Source: a bacterium (GTDB lineage: Bacteria > SZUA-79 > Acidulodesulfobacterales > Acidulodesulfobacteraceae). From it: a stretch of DNA of 64,000 nucleotides. A program made the translations under genes and the position numbers. Under the pieces are notes generated by a model that searched no databases, was not told where the DNA came from, and saw only the letters and a program-made list of their open reading frames with translations. Positions 9,265 to 18,504 of the stretch are shown piece after piece. How positions within the stretch are numbered: position 1 is the first letter of the stretch; each line of letters starts with the position of its first letter. The stretch covers positions 8,433 to 72,432 of the forward strand of contig JAKAKK010000043.1 in NCBI GenBank assembly GCA_021813525.1, given 5' to 3'.

Positions 9265-10752
9265 TTGGAACAGGAATTAAATATTATAGAAAATAACCGG
9301 TTGGATAAATTAAAAAAATTAAAAGAAAGAGGGAACAACCCTTTTTCAAACGATTTTGAAAAAAAAGAAAATATAAAGGATATAATCGAAAAATACGGCG
9401 GCAGGGTTCAAGACTTTTTTGAGAATAACAGGGTCGATGTCGAAACTGCAGGCAGGATTATTATTATAAGAAGTTTCGGCAAGGCGTCTTTTTTCAGGCT
9501 GAGAGACGGTTTCGGCGAAATACAGTGCTATATTCAAAAAGATGCGGTTAAAGAAAAAGATTTCGAACTGTTTAGCGAATATGTAGATATAGGAGATATA
9601 TGCGCGGTAAAGGGGCATCTTTTTAGAACCAGAACGGACGAATTAACGATAAAGATAGAACATATAGAAATTTTGACTAAATCGCTTCTTCCCCTGCCCG
9701 AGAAATGGCACGGGCTTAAAGATATCGAAGCGCGTTTCCGAAAAAGATACGTAGATTTAATAGCAAGCGGAGAGGTCAGGGAAATATTTAGAAAAAGAGC
9801 CGAAATAATAAATTTCATCCGTTCGTTTTTAAATTCATACGATTTTTTGGAGGTCGAAACTCCGGTTATGCAGGCCAATCCCGGAGGCGCGACGGCGAGG
9901 CCTTTTAAGACGCACCATAACGCCCTTAATTTAGAGCTTTATATGAGGATTGCGCCGGAATTATATTTAAAAAGATTAGTAGTGGGGGGATTCGATAGGG
10001 TTTATGAAATAGGAAGAAATTTTAGAAACGAGGGTATATCCGTCAAGCATAATCCTGAGTTCACTATGCTTGAATTTTATATGGCATATTCGACATACGA
10101 AGATTTAATGGATTTTGTCGAGAAAATGCTTTCCGAGTTAGCGGTACGTATTTGCGGTTCTTTCGACATAGAATACGGTTCCGAAAAATTGAATTTCAAG
10201 CCGCCTTTTAAAAGAATAAAACTAAAGGAAAGCTTGTGTACCGTAGGAGGTTTTAAACCTGAAGAAATAGATTCTGCGGATAAGGTTTACGATATTCTGA
10301 GAGAGAGAAATACCGCAGGCATAAGCAGAACAGACAGCCTTGGAGAATTATTGACTTTATTGTTTGACGAAACCGTAGAGCCGAAACTCGTTAACCCGAC
10401 TTTCGTGACCGATTATCCGGTAGAAAGCTCTCCGCTTGCAAGAAGAAACGACCGTGACGGGTCGGTAGCGGACAGATTTGAATTGTTCATAGCAGGCAGA
10501 GAGATAGGCAATGCATTCTCCGAACTTAACGACCCCATAGACCAGGAAGAGCGTTTTAAATTGCAGGTTGAGGCAAAAGTAAAAGAAGGCCTTCCCGTAG
10601 AAATGGATGAAGATTATATCGAAGCGCTGAAGCAGGGACTGCCTCCTACCGCCGGATGCGGCATAGGCATAGACAGGGTAGTGATGCTCATGACGAATTC
10701 GCATTCTATCAGGGACGTGATATTATTTCCGTTGCTTAAACCCTTGAAATAG
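9265..10752 (+). CDS. lysS: lysine--tRNA ligase (class II)
   Basis: OB-fold N-terminal domain plus class II core (FRNEG, GIGIDRVVM). TTG 9265 follows GGAGG at 9253..9257; the in-frame TTG 9244 used by the ORF track is an alternative. Confidence 0.93.
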   Translation: MEQELNIIENNRLDKLKKLKERGNNPFSNDFEKKENIKDIIEKYGGRVQDFFENNRVDVETAGRIIIIRSFGKASFFRLRDGFGEIQCYIQKDAVKEKDFELFSEYVDIGDICAVKGHLFRTRTDELTIKIEHIEILTKSLLPLPEKWHGLKDIEARFRKRYVDLIASGEVREIFRKRAEIINFIRSFLNSYDFLEVETPVMQANPGGATARPFKTHHNALNLELYMRIAPELYLKRLVVGGFDRVYEIGRNFRNEGISVKHNPEFTMLEFYMAYSTYEDLMDFVEKMLSELAVRICGSFDIEYGSEKLNFKPPFKRIKLKESLCTVGGFKPEEIDSADKVYDILRERNTAGISRTDSLGELLTLLFDETVEPKLVNPTFVTDYPVESSPLARRNDRDGSVADRFELFIAGREIGNAFSELNDPIDQEERFKLQVEAKVKEGLPVEMDEDYIEALKQGLPPTAGCGIGIDRVVMLMTNSHSIRDVILFPLLKPLK

Positions 10753-10767
10753 ATAAAATAGCCGAAT

Positions 10768-12003
10768 ATGAATTTTCATACTAAAATCGCCCTTCATTAT
10801 TTAAAGCCGAAAAATAATTCATTTATATCTTTATTGAGTTTTATATCGGTAATGGGGATAATGATAGGCGTAATGGCACTGATAGTCGTTATATCCGTTA
10901 TGAGCGGCTTTGACCACGCTTTGGAAAAAAGGGTTATAGGGATAGAGTCGCAAATTATAGTATTAAATTACAACGGTTTCGTAAACAATTACAAAAAAGC
11001 CGTTAAAAAAATATCGTCGGTCAAAGGCGTAAGAAACATTTCGCCTTTTATATATACCGATATAATGATATCCTCCGCATCTACTTCGACAGGAAGCGTC
11101 TTAAGGGGAATAGACGTAAAAACCGAGAAAAAAGTTACCGACCTTAAGAGATATCTTATTAAAGGGCGCTTATCGGGATTAGATAATAAAAATAAAAACG
11201 AAATCGTTTTAGGAAAAGTTTTGGCTCAAAATCTCGGCGTTTCCATAGGCGACAAGGTAACCATAATTTCTCCGGAAGGCGAAATTACTCCATTTGGAGT
11301 TATGCCTAAAACTGAAAGATTTATCGTTTGCGGCATTATAAACAGCGGAATGTATAATTACGACTCGACCCTTTCCTTTGTTTCCCTCAAAAACGCCCAG
11401 GCGTTTCTCGGTTTACCCGAGAGTTCGGTTACGGGTATCGAGATTAAACTCGACAATTTAAGTTCGGCAAATAGTTTTGCAAGAAAGATAGCCGCCAAAC
11501 TTAACGGAAATAAAACGTCCTCGTCGTATTACGCTTTAAGCTGGGAAGAGCTTAATAAAAATTTATTTTCAGCTATAAAACTAGAGAAGCTTACGATGTT
11601 TGTAATTTTATCCCTTATAGTACTGGTGGCGGCGTTTAATATTATTTCTACCCTTATAATGGTGGTAATGGAAAAAAGAAAGGATATAGCCATATTGAAA
11701 TCTATAGGCGCAAGCTCTAAAGATATTATGATTATTTTTATAGCGCAGGGAGTTATAATAGGCGCAATCGGCACTTCTCTCGGACTTTTATCCGGCTTTT
11801 TAATCTGCTATCTGGAAAAAACATATAATATAATAAGCCTTCCGTCTTCAGTTTACTATATAACTACCCTGCCGGTAAGAATGACCGCCGGCGAGTTTAT
11901 CGTGATAGGTTCGTCGGCCCTTTTTCTGAGTTTTATAGCGACGCTGTATCCGTCTTATAAAGCCGGTAAAATAGACCCTGCCGAAGGTGTAAGACATGAA
12001 TAA
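10768..12003 (+). CDS. lolC: lipoprotein-releasing system permease (LolC/LolE family; only one copy here)
   Basis: MacB/FtsX topology with a large periplasmic loop, 411 aa, translationally coupled to lolD. Confidence 0.85.
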   Translation: MNFHTKIALHYLKPKNNSFISLLSFISVMGIMIGVMALIVVISVMSGFDHALEKRVIGIESQIIVLNYNGFVNNYKKAVKKISSVKGVRNISPFIYTDIMISSASTSTGSVLRGIDVKTEKKVTDLKRYLIKGRLSGLDNKNKNEIVLGKVLAQNLGVSIGDKVTIISPEGEITPFGVMPKTERFIVCGIINSGMYNYDSTLSFVSLKNAQAFLGLPESSVTGIEIKLDNLSSANSFARKIAAKLNGNKTSSSYYALSWEELNKNLFSAIKLEKLTMFVILSLIVLVAAFNIISTLIMVVMEKRKDIAILKSIGASSKDIMIIFIAQGVIIGAIGTSLGLLSGFLICYLEKTYNIISLPSSVYYITTLPVRMTAGEFIVIGSSALFLSFIATLYPSYKAGKIDPAEGVRHE

Positions 12004-12706
12004 AAATATGGCGGACAATGATAACGATTTTGCGGTTTCGTTAAAAAAAGTCAGCAAAACATTTACGACCGGCGGCGAAACGGTTAATATTCTGAACGAA
12101 GCCGATTTGGAGATAAAAAAGGGGGATACTTTCGCCGTGACCGGCGAGTCGGGTACCGGCAAAAGCACCCTCTTGCATATAATCGGGACGCTGCTCAAGC
12201 CGGATTCCGGACGGGTCGGGTATTTCGGAAATTCAAATATATACGATTTTTCGGATGCCGGTCTTGCACGATTCAGGAATAAAAACATAGGCTTCGTTTT
12301 TCAGTTTCATTATTTGCTGAACGAATTCAGCTGTTTAGAAAATGTAGCTATGCCTTTATTTATAAAGAAAGAACCTAAAGAAAAGGCTTTAAAAACGGCA
12401 AGAGACTATCTATGCGAAATGGGATTAGAGAAAAGGCTTAATTTTAAGCCTTATATGCTTTCGGGAGGAGAACAGCAAAGGGCGGCTATCGCAAGAGCGC
12501 TCGTCTGTTCTCCGGAAGTTATATTAATGGATGAGCCTACGGGGAATTTAGACCCGCGGCATGCGGAAATACTGCATAACATAATTATAGACCTTAATAA
12601 AAAATACGGTAAGACTTTAGTGGTGGTTACTCACGATAAGGAATTTTCAAATATGATGAACCATAAAATTAAAATTGCCGGCGGAATAATCGAACATATA
12701 AATTGA
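11996..12706 (+). CDS. lolD: lipoprotein-releasing system ATP-binding protein
   Basis: Walker A GESGTGKST, signature LSGGEQQR, Walker B ILMDEP. 8-nt overlap with lolC. Confidence 0.9.
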   Translation: MNKNMADNDNDFAVSLKKVSKTFTTGGETVNILNEADLEIKKGDTFAVTGESGTGKSTLLHIIGTLLKPDSGRVGYFGNSNIYDFSDAGLARFRNKNIGFVFQFHYLLNEFSCLENVAMPLFIKKEPKEKALKTARDYLCEMGLEKRLNFKPYMLSGGEQQRAAIARALVCSPEVILMDEPTGNLDPRHAEILHNIIIDLNKKYGKTLVVVTHDKEFSNMMNHKIKIAGGIIEHIN

Positions 12707-12737
12707 CATAAGGCTTAATATTTGATAGTTTATTAAA

Positions 12738-15485
12738 ATGAAATTTTTAAAATCGATATTTTTCGGAATTATTATATCCGGCGTTTTAATTTTAAATGCG
12801 GCTAACGTTTACGCCGCTTTAAACAACAGGAACGTATGGACAGGATTTTTCCATCAGAAAGGTTCGCCGTCTTCCGTTTCTATAAAAAAATCTTTTTCGG
12901 CGGCTTTTAAAAATTATCTGGATTCAGGAAAGCCTTATTTTGTTTTTGCATATACTTTGCTTCAAAAACCCCCGTATTTCAATTTCGATAAAAAAATAAA
13001 TCTAGTCCGGATAAAAAAGCTCGGTTTGGCTTATCATTCCAATTATATAATTACAGGAAGCATTTCTAGGCTCGGTTCAAATTTTACGGTTCACGCAATG
13101 CTCATAGACGTTGCAGACGTCTATAAATCCAAGACGCTTAACTATTCCGGCGCAGGCGAAGCTTCCCTTAAAAAAGAATTAAACGAATTTTCTTATAAAG
13201 TCGGCGGTTTTATATACGGGCGAATCGCAAAGAAAATTGCGGGCAGGCAAAATCCTTCATTCGAGAAAAAGATTTACGCTGTCAGGGTAAAAGGAAACAT
13301 AAGAGTCGGAGCCGGATTTATAATGAACCGCATTAAAATAAAAAGCGGCGGCTATTATTCGATAAGCAAAATAAATGAAAGCATTAAAGAACTTTACAAA
13401 ACCGGTTATTTTAAAAATATTCTGGTCGATATCGCTTCCTCCGGCGGACGGCTTATAGTTACTTTTATAGTTTCCGAAAGACCTTATATTAAATCGATTA
13501 AATATACCGGAAACGGTTCCGTATCCGTTAAAAAAATTAAAAAAGTCATCAATCTTAAAATTAACAAACCTTACAGTTCTTACGAAATAGACAAGGCTGT
13601 TAAAATATTAAAATTTATATATTCGGCGGAGGGCTATTATAACGCAAGGATAAAAGTAAAAAAGAAATCTTTTCCGGGAAATTATGTAGGAATACATTTT
13701 ATTATCAGCGAAAATTCACCGGTAATGGTAAGGAAAGTCGAATTCAGCGGAAATACGTCGTTTACCTCCGGCAAGCTCGAATCCGTAATGGGTATTAAAA
13801 CGGTAAATCTTCTTACTTGGATAACCGGAGCGGGAAAATTCAAAAAAGCAAAACTGAACTCCCAGATTATTAAACTGCTGAGTTTTTATTATAACCACGG
13901 TTACATAAACGTAAGCGTCAAGAAGCCCGAGTTTATATTTTCTAAAAATAAAAAATACGTTACAGTAATAATAAGAATCGTCGAAGGTCCTCAATACAGG
14001 ATTTCCGAAGTAAACCTTGTTATAAAAGGAGTAAAAGCGGGTTCTAAGGAATATAAGGAAGCGCATAAGCTTATAATTACCAAAGTAGGTTCTATTTTTA
14101 ACAGGAAAAATATAGAAAAAGAAATTTTAAGCATAACAAAATATTTTACGGATAGGGGATATGCGTTTGCAAACGTCGAACCGTCGATTAAGATTAAACG
14201 CAAAACCAGTTCCGTTATGTTATCCTTAATAGTCCACAAGGGTAAAATCGCAAAGTTCGGAAAAATTACCATTACCGGAAACGATATTACTTACAGTTAT
14301 GTTATATTAAGAGCGCTCGTTATATATCCCGGAGAAAAATATAATCCGAAACTCATAAAAATATCCAGGCAGAACTTAAAAAACCTGATGTATTTTAAGC
14401 ATGTTACGATAACTACCGAAAAAGTTCCCGGAAAAAGCATATTAAACGTTAAAGTTCATGTTAAAGAGCAGAACACGGGAAAATTTACCATAGGAGGCGG
14501 TTACAGTTCGGCTACGTCTTTTATGGCTATATCGTCTATTTCCGAATCTAACCTCTTCGGAACGGGAATTTCCGCATCCTTCAACGTTCAGGCGGGCGGC
14601 CCTTATCAGTCGTACAGTATTAATATACTTCAGCCCTATCTTACATATATTTTTGCTAGGCCGTTATCGCTTAACTTGTCTTTATACGATACTTTTAATT
14701 CCCTGTATTACGAGTTCGCCTACCGTTCCGTCGGCGGTTCCGTAACTTTAGGATACCCTCTGTACGGCAACGTATTGACGGAATATTTCAGATACCTTAT
14801 AGAACAGGACAATTCGGTAATAATACCCGGTCTGGCGAATATACTGCCGCAGGGGAAAGTTACGACCAGCGAAGTTTCTTTGACGACGGTTTATAATACT
14901 TTAAACAATCCTATCGTTCCTACGGCCGGGGATATGGACAGTTTCAGAATCAGCTATGCCGGGCCGCCTATAGGGGGGAACGACGATTTCGTTAAATACG
15001 TAGCGCAGGCTAACCATTATATTCCGCTGTGGTGGGGAACGTCTTTTATGCAGGGAGCGCAACTGGGTTATATAACTGGAACAAACTCGTCTTACCCGCT
15101 TCCTATTTATCAGAGGTTTTTCGTCGGCGGCATAATGAACAATTATCCTCTTCTGGGATTTATGTACGATTCGGTAGGTCCTTCGGAAAACGGCAATATA
15201 ATAGGCGGAACGAAAATGTTTACCGTTCAGGCAAAATATTTTATACCTATACTTAAAAGAATGAAATTTTACGGATTTGTATGGTGGAATGCCGGTAACG
15301 CATGGCTGCAGGGAGATTCAGTGTTTCCGATAAGTCTTGTTCAGGCGGCAGGTATAGGTTTTAACTGGTATTCCCCGTTCGGGCCGATTACCATTACTTA
15401 CGGCAAGATACTCGGAACTGCTATAAACGGAAATAATCCGACGAGAATACAGTTCAGTCTCGGCGAGGGCATGCCCGGAATTTAA
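12738..15485 (+). CDS. bamA: outer membrane protein assembly factor BamA, with an extra ~150-aa N-terminal domain
   Basis: Signal peptide, repeated POTRA-like units starting about residue 178, and a C-terminal Omp85 barrel. Followed by skp-lpxD-fabZ-lpxA as in many diderms. Confidence 0.9.
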   Translation: MKFLKSIFFGIIISGVLILNAANVYAALNNRNVWTGFFHQKGSPSSVSIKKSFSAAFKNYLDSGKPYFVFAYTLLQKPPYFNFDKKINLVRIKKLGLAYHSNYIITGSISRLGSNFTVHAMLIDVADVYKSKTLNYSGAGEASLKKELNEFSYKVGGFIYGRIAKKIAGRQNPSFEKKIYAVRVKGNIRVGAGFIMNRIKIKSGGYYSISKINESIKELYKTGYFKNILVDIASSGGRLIVTFIVSERPYIKSIKYTGNGSVSVKKIKKVINLKINKPYSSYEIDKAVKILKFIYSAEGYYNARIKVKKKSFPGNYVGIHFIISENSPVMVRKVEFSGNTSFTSGKLESVMGIKTVNLLTWITGAGKFKKAKLNSQIIKLLSFYYNHGYINVSVKKPEFIFSKNKKYVTVIIRIVEGPQYRISEVNLVIKGVKAGSKEYKEAHKLIITKVGSIFNRKNIEKEILSITKYFTDRGYAFANVEPSIKIKRKTSSVMLSLIVHKGKIAKFGKITITGNDITYSYVILRALVIYPGEKYNPKLIKISRQNLKNLMYFKHVTITTEKVPGKSILNVKVHVKEQNTGKFTIGGGYSSATSFMAISSISESNLFGTGISASFNVQAGGPYQSYSINILQPYLTYIFARPLSLNLSLYDTFNSLYYEFAYRSVGGSVTLGYPLYGNVLTEYFRYLIEQDNSVIIPGLANILPQGKVTTSEVSLTTVYNTLNNPIVPTAGDMDSFRISYAGPPIGGNDDFVKYVAQANHYIPLWWGTSFMQGAQLGYITGTNSSYPLPIYQRFFVGGIMNNYPLLGFMYDSVGPSENGNIIGGTKMFTVQAKYFIPILKRMKFYGFVWWNAGNAWLQGDSVFPISLVQAAGIGFNWYSPFGPITITYGKILGTAINGNNPTRIQFSLGEGMPGI

Positions 15486-15527
15486 GTTATAAAGATTCAA
15501 TTAAATAAAAAATAAGGAGATTTATTT

Positions 15528-16055
15528 ATGAAAAAGACTATTTTAAATTTAAGCCTTGCTGTTTTTTTAATGTCGGCGGCAACTATGTTCTTTGGCTCCG
15601 TAAAAGCAAACGCAGCCGGTTCAAGTATTGCCGTAGTTAATATGCAGAAAGTAATTTCGACGTCGAACCAGGGGAAAGCGGCGCAGAGCCAATTAAAGGC
15701 TTTGGTTTCCAAATATGACGCAAGACTGCTTGCGATGAGAAAAAAAATAGCCTCTGTTCAGGCTGATTTGAAAAATAACGGCTCTATTATGTCGGCAGGG
15801 GAAAAAGCTAAAAAAACTAAAGAATTCGAAACGGATATATCCAATTTTACCGCGGAAGAAAAACGCATTCAAGGCGTTATGTCTCAAAAAAGATTCGAAT
15901 TATTAAAAGGAATAGTAGATAAAGCTACGTCCATTATTAACGCTATCGCGAAAAAAGACGGGTATATTCTGGTTATAGACAGGCCCAGCGTCGTTTACAG
16001 GTCGGCTTCTATAGATATAACCGGCGAAGTTCTAAATGAAATGAATTCGAAATAA
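15528..16055 (+). CDS. skp: periplasmic chaperone Skp (OmpH family)
   Basis: Signal peptide, coiled-coil-rich 175-aa protein, AAGGAG RBS, canonical position between bamA and lpxD. Confidence 0.85.
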   Translation: MKKTILNLSLAVFLMSAATMFFGSVKANAAGSSIAVVNMQKVISTSNQGKAAQSQLKALVSKYDARLLAMRKKIASVQADLKNNGSIMSAGEKAKKTKEFETDISNFTAEEKRIQGVMSQKRFELLKGIVDKATSIINAIAKKDGYILVIDRPSVVYRSASIDITGEVLNEMNSK

Positions 16056-16076
16056 ATAAAATATAGTCCTTTATTT

Positions 16077-17117
16077 ATGCTTTTAAAAGACCTTATTTCA
16101 AAGCTGTCGCTTACGGTTATAGGAGGGCCGGGTTCGGAAAATATAGAAATTTCCGGCATAGGTTCCCTGCAATCTGCCGGAGGCGGCGAAATATCTTTTA
16201 TTACCGGCGCAAAATATGCAAAACAGCTTGAAAAAACAAACGCTTGCGCCGTAATAATGGATTACGATTCATTGAGAACCATACTGCCTTCCAATTTAAA
16301 ATTCATAATATTAGATTCTAAAAATCCGTATCTGTCGTTTGCGGAGGCGACGCAGATTTTTAAAGATGCTTCCCTTGAAAAAAACTGCGGGTACGGCGAT
16401 TTTGACGGCGGTTATTTTATAGGGAAAACTTCCGTTAAAGGAAAAAATACGGTAATTTTTCCGGGCGCTTTTATCGGAGAAGGGTGTTCTATAGGCGATA
16501 ACTGCAGGATTATGCCGAATGCGGTTATAGGAAATAACGTAATTATAGGAAATAACGTAATTATATATCCTAACGCAACCGTTTACGATAATTCTAAAAT
16601 AGGCAACGGCTGCATAATACATGCGGGCTCGGTTATCGGCAGCGACGGTTTCGGGTATGCCAGGGGCAAAGCCGGTTATGTTAAAATTATTCATACCGGA
16701 TACGCAGAGCTTGAAGATAACGTCGAAATAGGCGCTAACGTTACTATAGACAGGGGCGCGGTGGATTTTACGAAAATAGGTTCCGGAACTAAAATAGACA
16801 ATATGGTTCAGATAGCCCATAACGTAATAATCGGTAAAAACTGCGTAATTGCCGCACAGACTGGAATAGCCGGCAGTTCCGAAATAGGCGATAACGTGAC
16901 TATGGGCGGCCAGGTAGGCATAGCCGGACATATTTCCGTAGGAAATAACGTTATGATAGCTGCACAGTCCGGAGTATCCGGCAATGTAAAAGACGGCGAG
17001 ATAATATCCGGGTCGCCGGCTTTTTCTATTAAAGAATGGCGCAATTCGGTAGTGCTTTTTAAGAAACTTCCGGAATTATTTAAAAAGATAAAGGAAATTT
17101 CAAAAACGAAGGATTGA
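16077..17117 (+). CDS. lpxD: UDP-3-O-acylglucosamine N-acyltransferase
   Basis: LpxD N-terminal domain plus a long left-handed beta-helix of hexapeptide repeats, and operon context. Confidence 0.93.
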   Translation: MLLKDLISKLSLTVIGGPGSENIEISGIGSLQSAGGGEISFITGAKYAKQLEKTNACAVIMDYDSLRTILPSNLKFIILDSKNPYLSFAEATQIFKDASLEKNCGYGDFDGGYFIGKTSVKGKNTVIFPGAFIGEGCSIGDNCRIMPNAVIGNNVIIGNNVIIYPNATVYDNSKIGNGCIIHAGSVIGSDGFGYARGKAGYVKIIHTGYAELEDNVEIGANVTIDRGAVDFTKIGSGTKIDNMVQIAHNVIIGKNCVIAAQTGIAGSSEIGDNVTMGGQVGIAGHISVGNNVMIAAQSGVSGNVKDGEIISGSPAFSIKEWRNSVVLFKKLPELFKKIKEISKTKD

Positions 17118-17122
17118 CGAAA

Positions 17123-17605
17123 ATGGAAAAAAAAGAAGAAAGGAATGACGTTTTAAAGGAGGGCGGAATTATCGGCATAGGAGAAATTTTGAATCTTCTT
17201 CCGCACAGGTATCCTTTTCTTATGATAGATAAAGTCGTATCCTTAGAAAAAGGCAAATCTATTACGGCAGTTAAAAATACTACTATAAACGAACCATTTT
17301 TTCAGGGCCATTTTCCGGGTTATCCGGTTATGCCCGGCGTGCTTATCTTAGAGGCGCTTGCGCAGGCAGGCGGCATTCTGGCTTATAAAACAGAGGAAAA
17401 CGACGATTTGCGGGATAAATTAACTTACTTTATGGGAATAGACAAAGCAAGATTTAGAAAACCGATTTTACCGGGTTATTCCGTATTTCTCAAAGTAGAG
17501 CTGATAAAAAGAAAACAGTTCGTATGGGTTTTTTCCGGCAGGGCGGAGGTTGAAGGCAATCTCTGCGCCGAAGCCGAACTTATGGCGACTTTTATACCCA
17601 AATAA
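17123..17605 (+). CDS. fabZ: 3-hydroxyacyl-ACP dehydratase
   Basis: LPHRYPFLMIDKV and FFQGHFPGYPVMPGVL motifs. ATG 17123 follows AAGGA; TTG 17114 (ORF track) is an alternative. Confidence 0.93.
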   Translation: MEKKEERNDVLKEGGIIGIGEILNLLPHRYPFLMIDKVVSLEKGKSITAVKNTTINEPFFQGHFPGYPVMPGVLILEALAQAGGILAYKTEENDDLRDKLTYFMGIDKARFRKPILPGYSVFLKVELIKRKQFVWVFSGRAEVEGNLCAEAELMATFIPK

Positions 17606-17612
17606 TTTCGGC

Positions 17613-17631
17613 GGCAGAATTCAATTCTGTC
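17613..17631. repeat. GAATTCAATTC-centred intergenic palindrome, copy 2
   Basis: GGCAGAATT-C-AATTCTGTC just after the fabZ stop, followed by CGACACAAAATAA. Confidence 0.65.
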
Positions 17632-17651
17632 CCCGACACAAAATAATAAAT

Positions 17652-17680
17652 GTAGTGCCGGAATTCAATTCGGGCACTAC
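17652..17680. repeat. GAATTCAATTC-centred intergenic palindrome, copy 3
   Basis: GTAGTGCCGGAATT-C-AATTCGGGCACTAC (13/14 arm positions pair), followed by CACAAAATGGAAAC and then the lpxA ATG. Confidence 0.7.
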
Positions 17681-17694
17681 CACAAAATGGAAAC

Positions 17695-18465
17695 ATGATA
17701 GATAAAACTGCAATAATTTATCCAGGAGCCGAAATAGACGATTCAACCGACGTCGGTCCTTACAGTATTATAAAAGGCGGAGTAAAAATCGGGAAAAACA
17801 ACCTGATTGCTTCCCATGTAGTTATTGAAGGAAATACGCGGATAGGCGACGGAAATAAAATATTTCAATTCGCCTCTATAGGTTCCGTACCGCAGGACCT
17901 TAAATATAAAGGGGAAGATACTAAGCTTATTATAGGCGATAATAATATAATCAGGGAATATGTCACTATGAATCCGGGCACGGTTACGGGAAACGGCATT
18001 ACCGCCGTAGGCGATTCCAACCTCTTTATGATGCACGTGCATATCGCCCATGACTGCATTATAGGAAACAGAAATATTTTTGCTAATAACGCGACTCTGG
18101 CGGGACATATAGAAATTCAGGATTACGTTATACTCGGCGGCCTATGCGCAATACATCAGTTTGTTCGCATAGGCGAATCTGCTCTAATTGCAGGCGGTTC
18201 AATGGTAGTCCAGGATATTCCGCCTTATCTCGTCGCATCGGGAGACAGGGCAAAAATTTACGGCATTAACAGAATAGGTCTTGAAAGAAGGGGCTTTACC
18301 AAAGAAGAAATAGAAAAAATAAAAAATGCATATAAGATTTTATATAGGTCTAAAGTTACCGTTAAAATAGCCGTAGAAAAAATAGAGAAAGAAATAGGCA
18401 TGACCGACAAAATCGAAAAGTTCACGTCGTTTATCGCAAGCTCTAAAAGAGGCATTACAAGGTAA
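17695..18465 (+). CDS. lpxA: acyl-ACP--UDP-N-acetylglucosamine O-acyltransferase
   Basis: Hexapeptide-repeat beta-helix plus the LpxA C-terminal helical domain, 256 aa, and operon context. Confidence 0.93.
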   Translation: MIDKTAIIYPGAEIDDSTDVGPYSIIKGGVKIGKNNLIASHVVIEGNTRIGDGNKIFQFASIGSVPQDLKYKGEDTKLIIGDNNIIREYVTMNPGTVTGNGITAVGDSNLFMMHVHIAHDCIIGNRNIFANNATLAGHIEIQDYVILGGLCAIHQFVRIGESALIAGGSMVVQDIPPYLVASGDRAKIYGINRIGLERRGFTKEEIEKIKNAYKILYRSKVTVKIAVEKIEKEIGMTDKIEKFTSFIASSKRGITR

Positions 18466-18504
18466 ATAACATAAAGAGCGTAAGTTCTTGGAATATACGA
18501 AGTT

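Noticed and set aside
16311-16931. 206-aa ORF antisense to lpxD, plus a 78-aa ORF at 16808..17044
   Set aside because: It is the complement of the repetitive hexapeptide-repeat region. It is repeat-driven, lacks stop codons by chance, and has no recognisable motifs or RBS.
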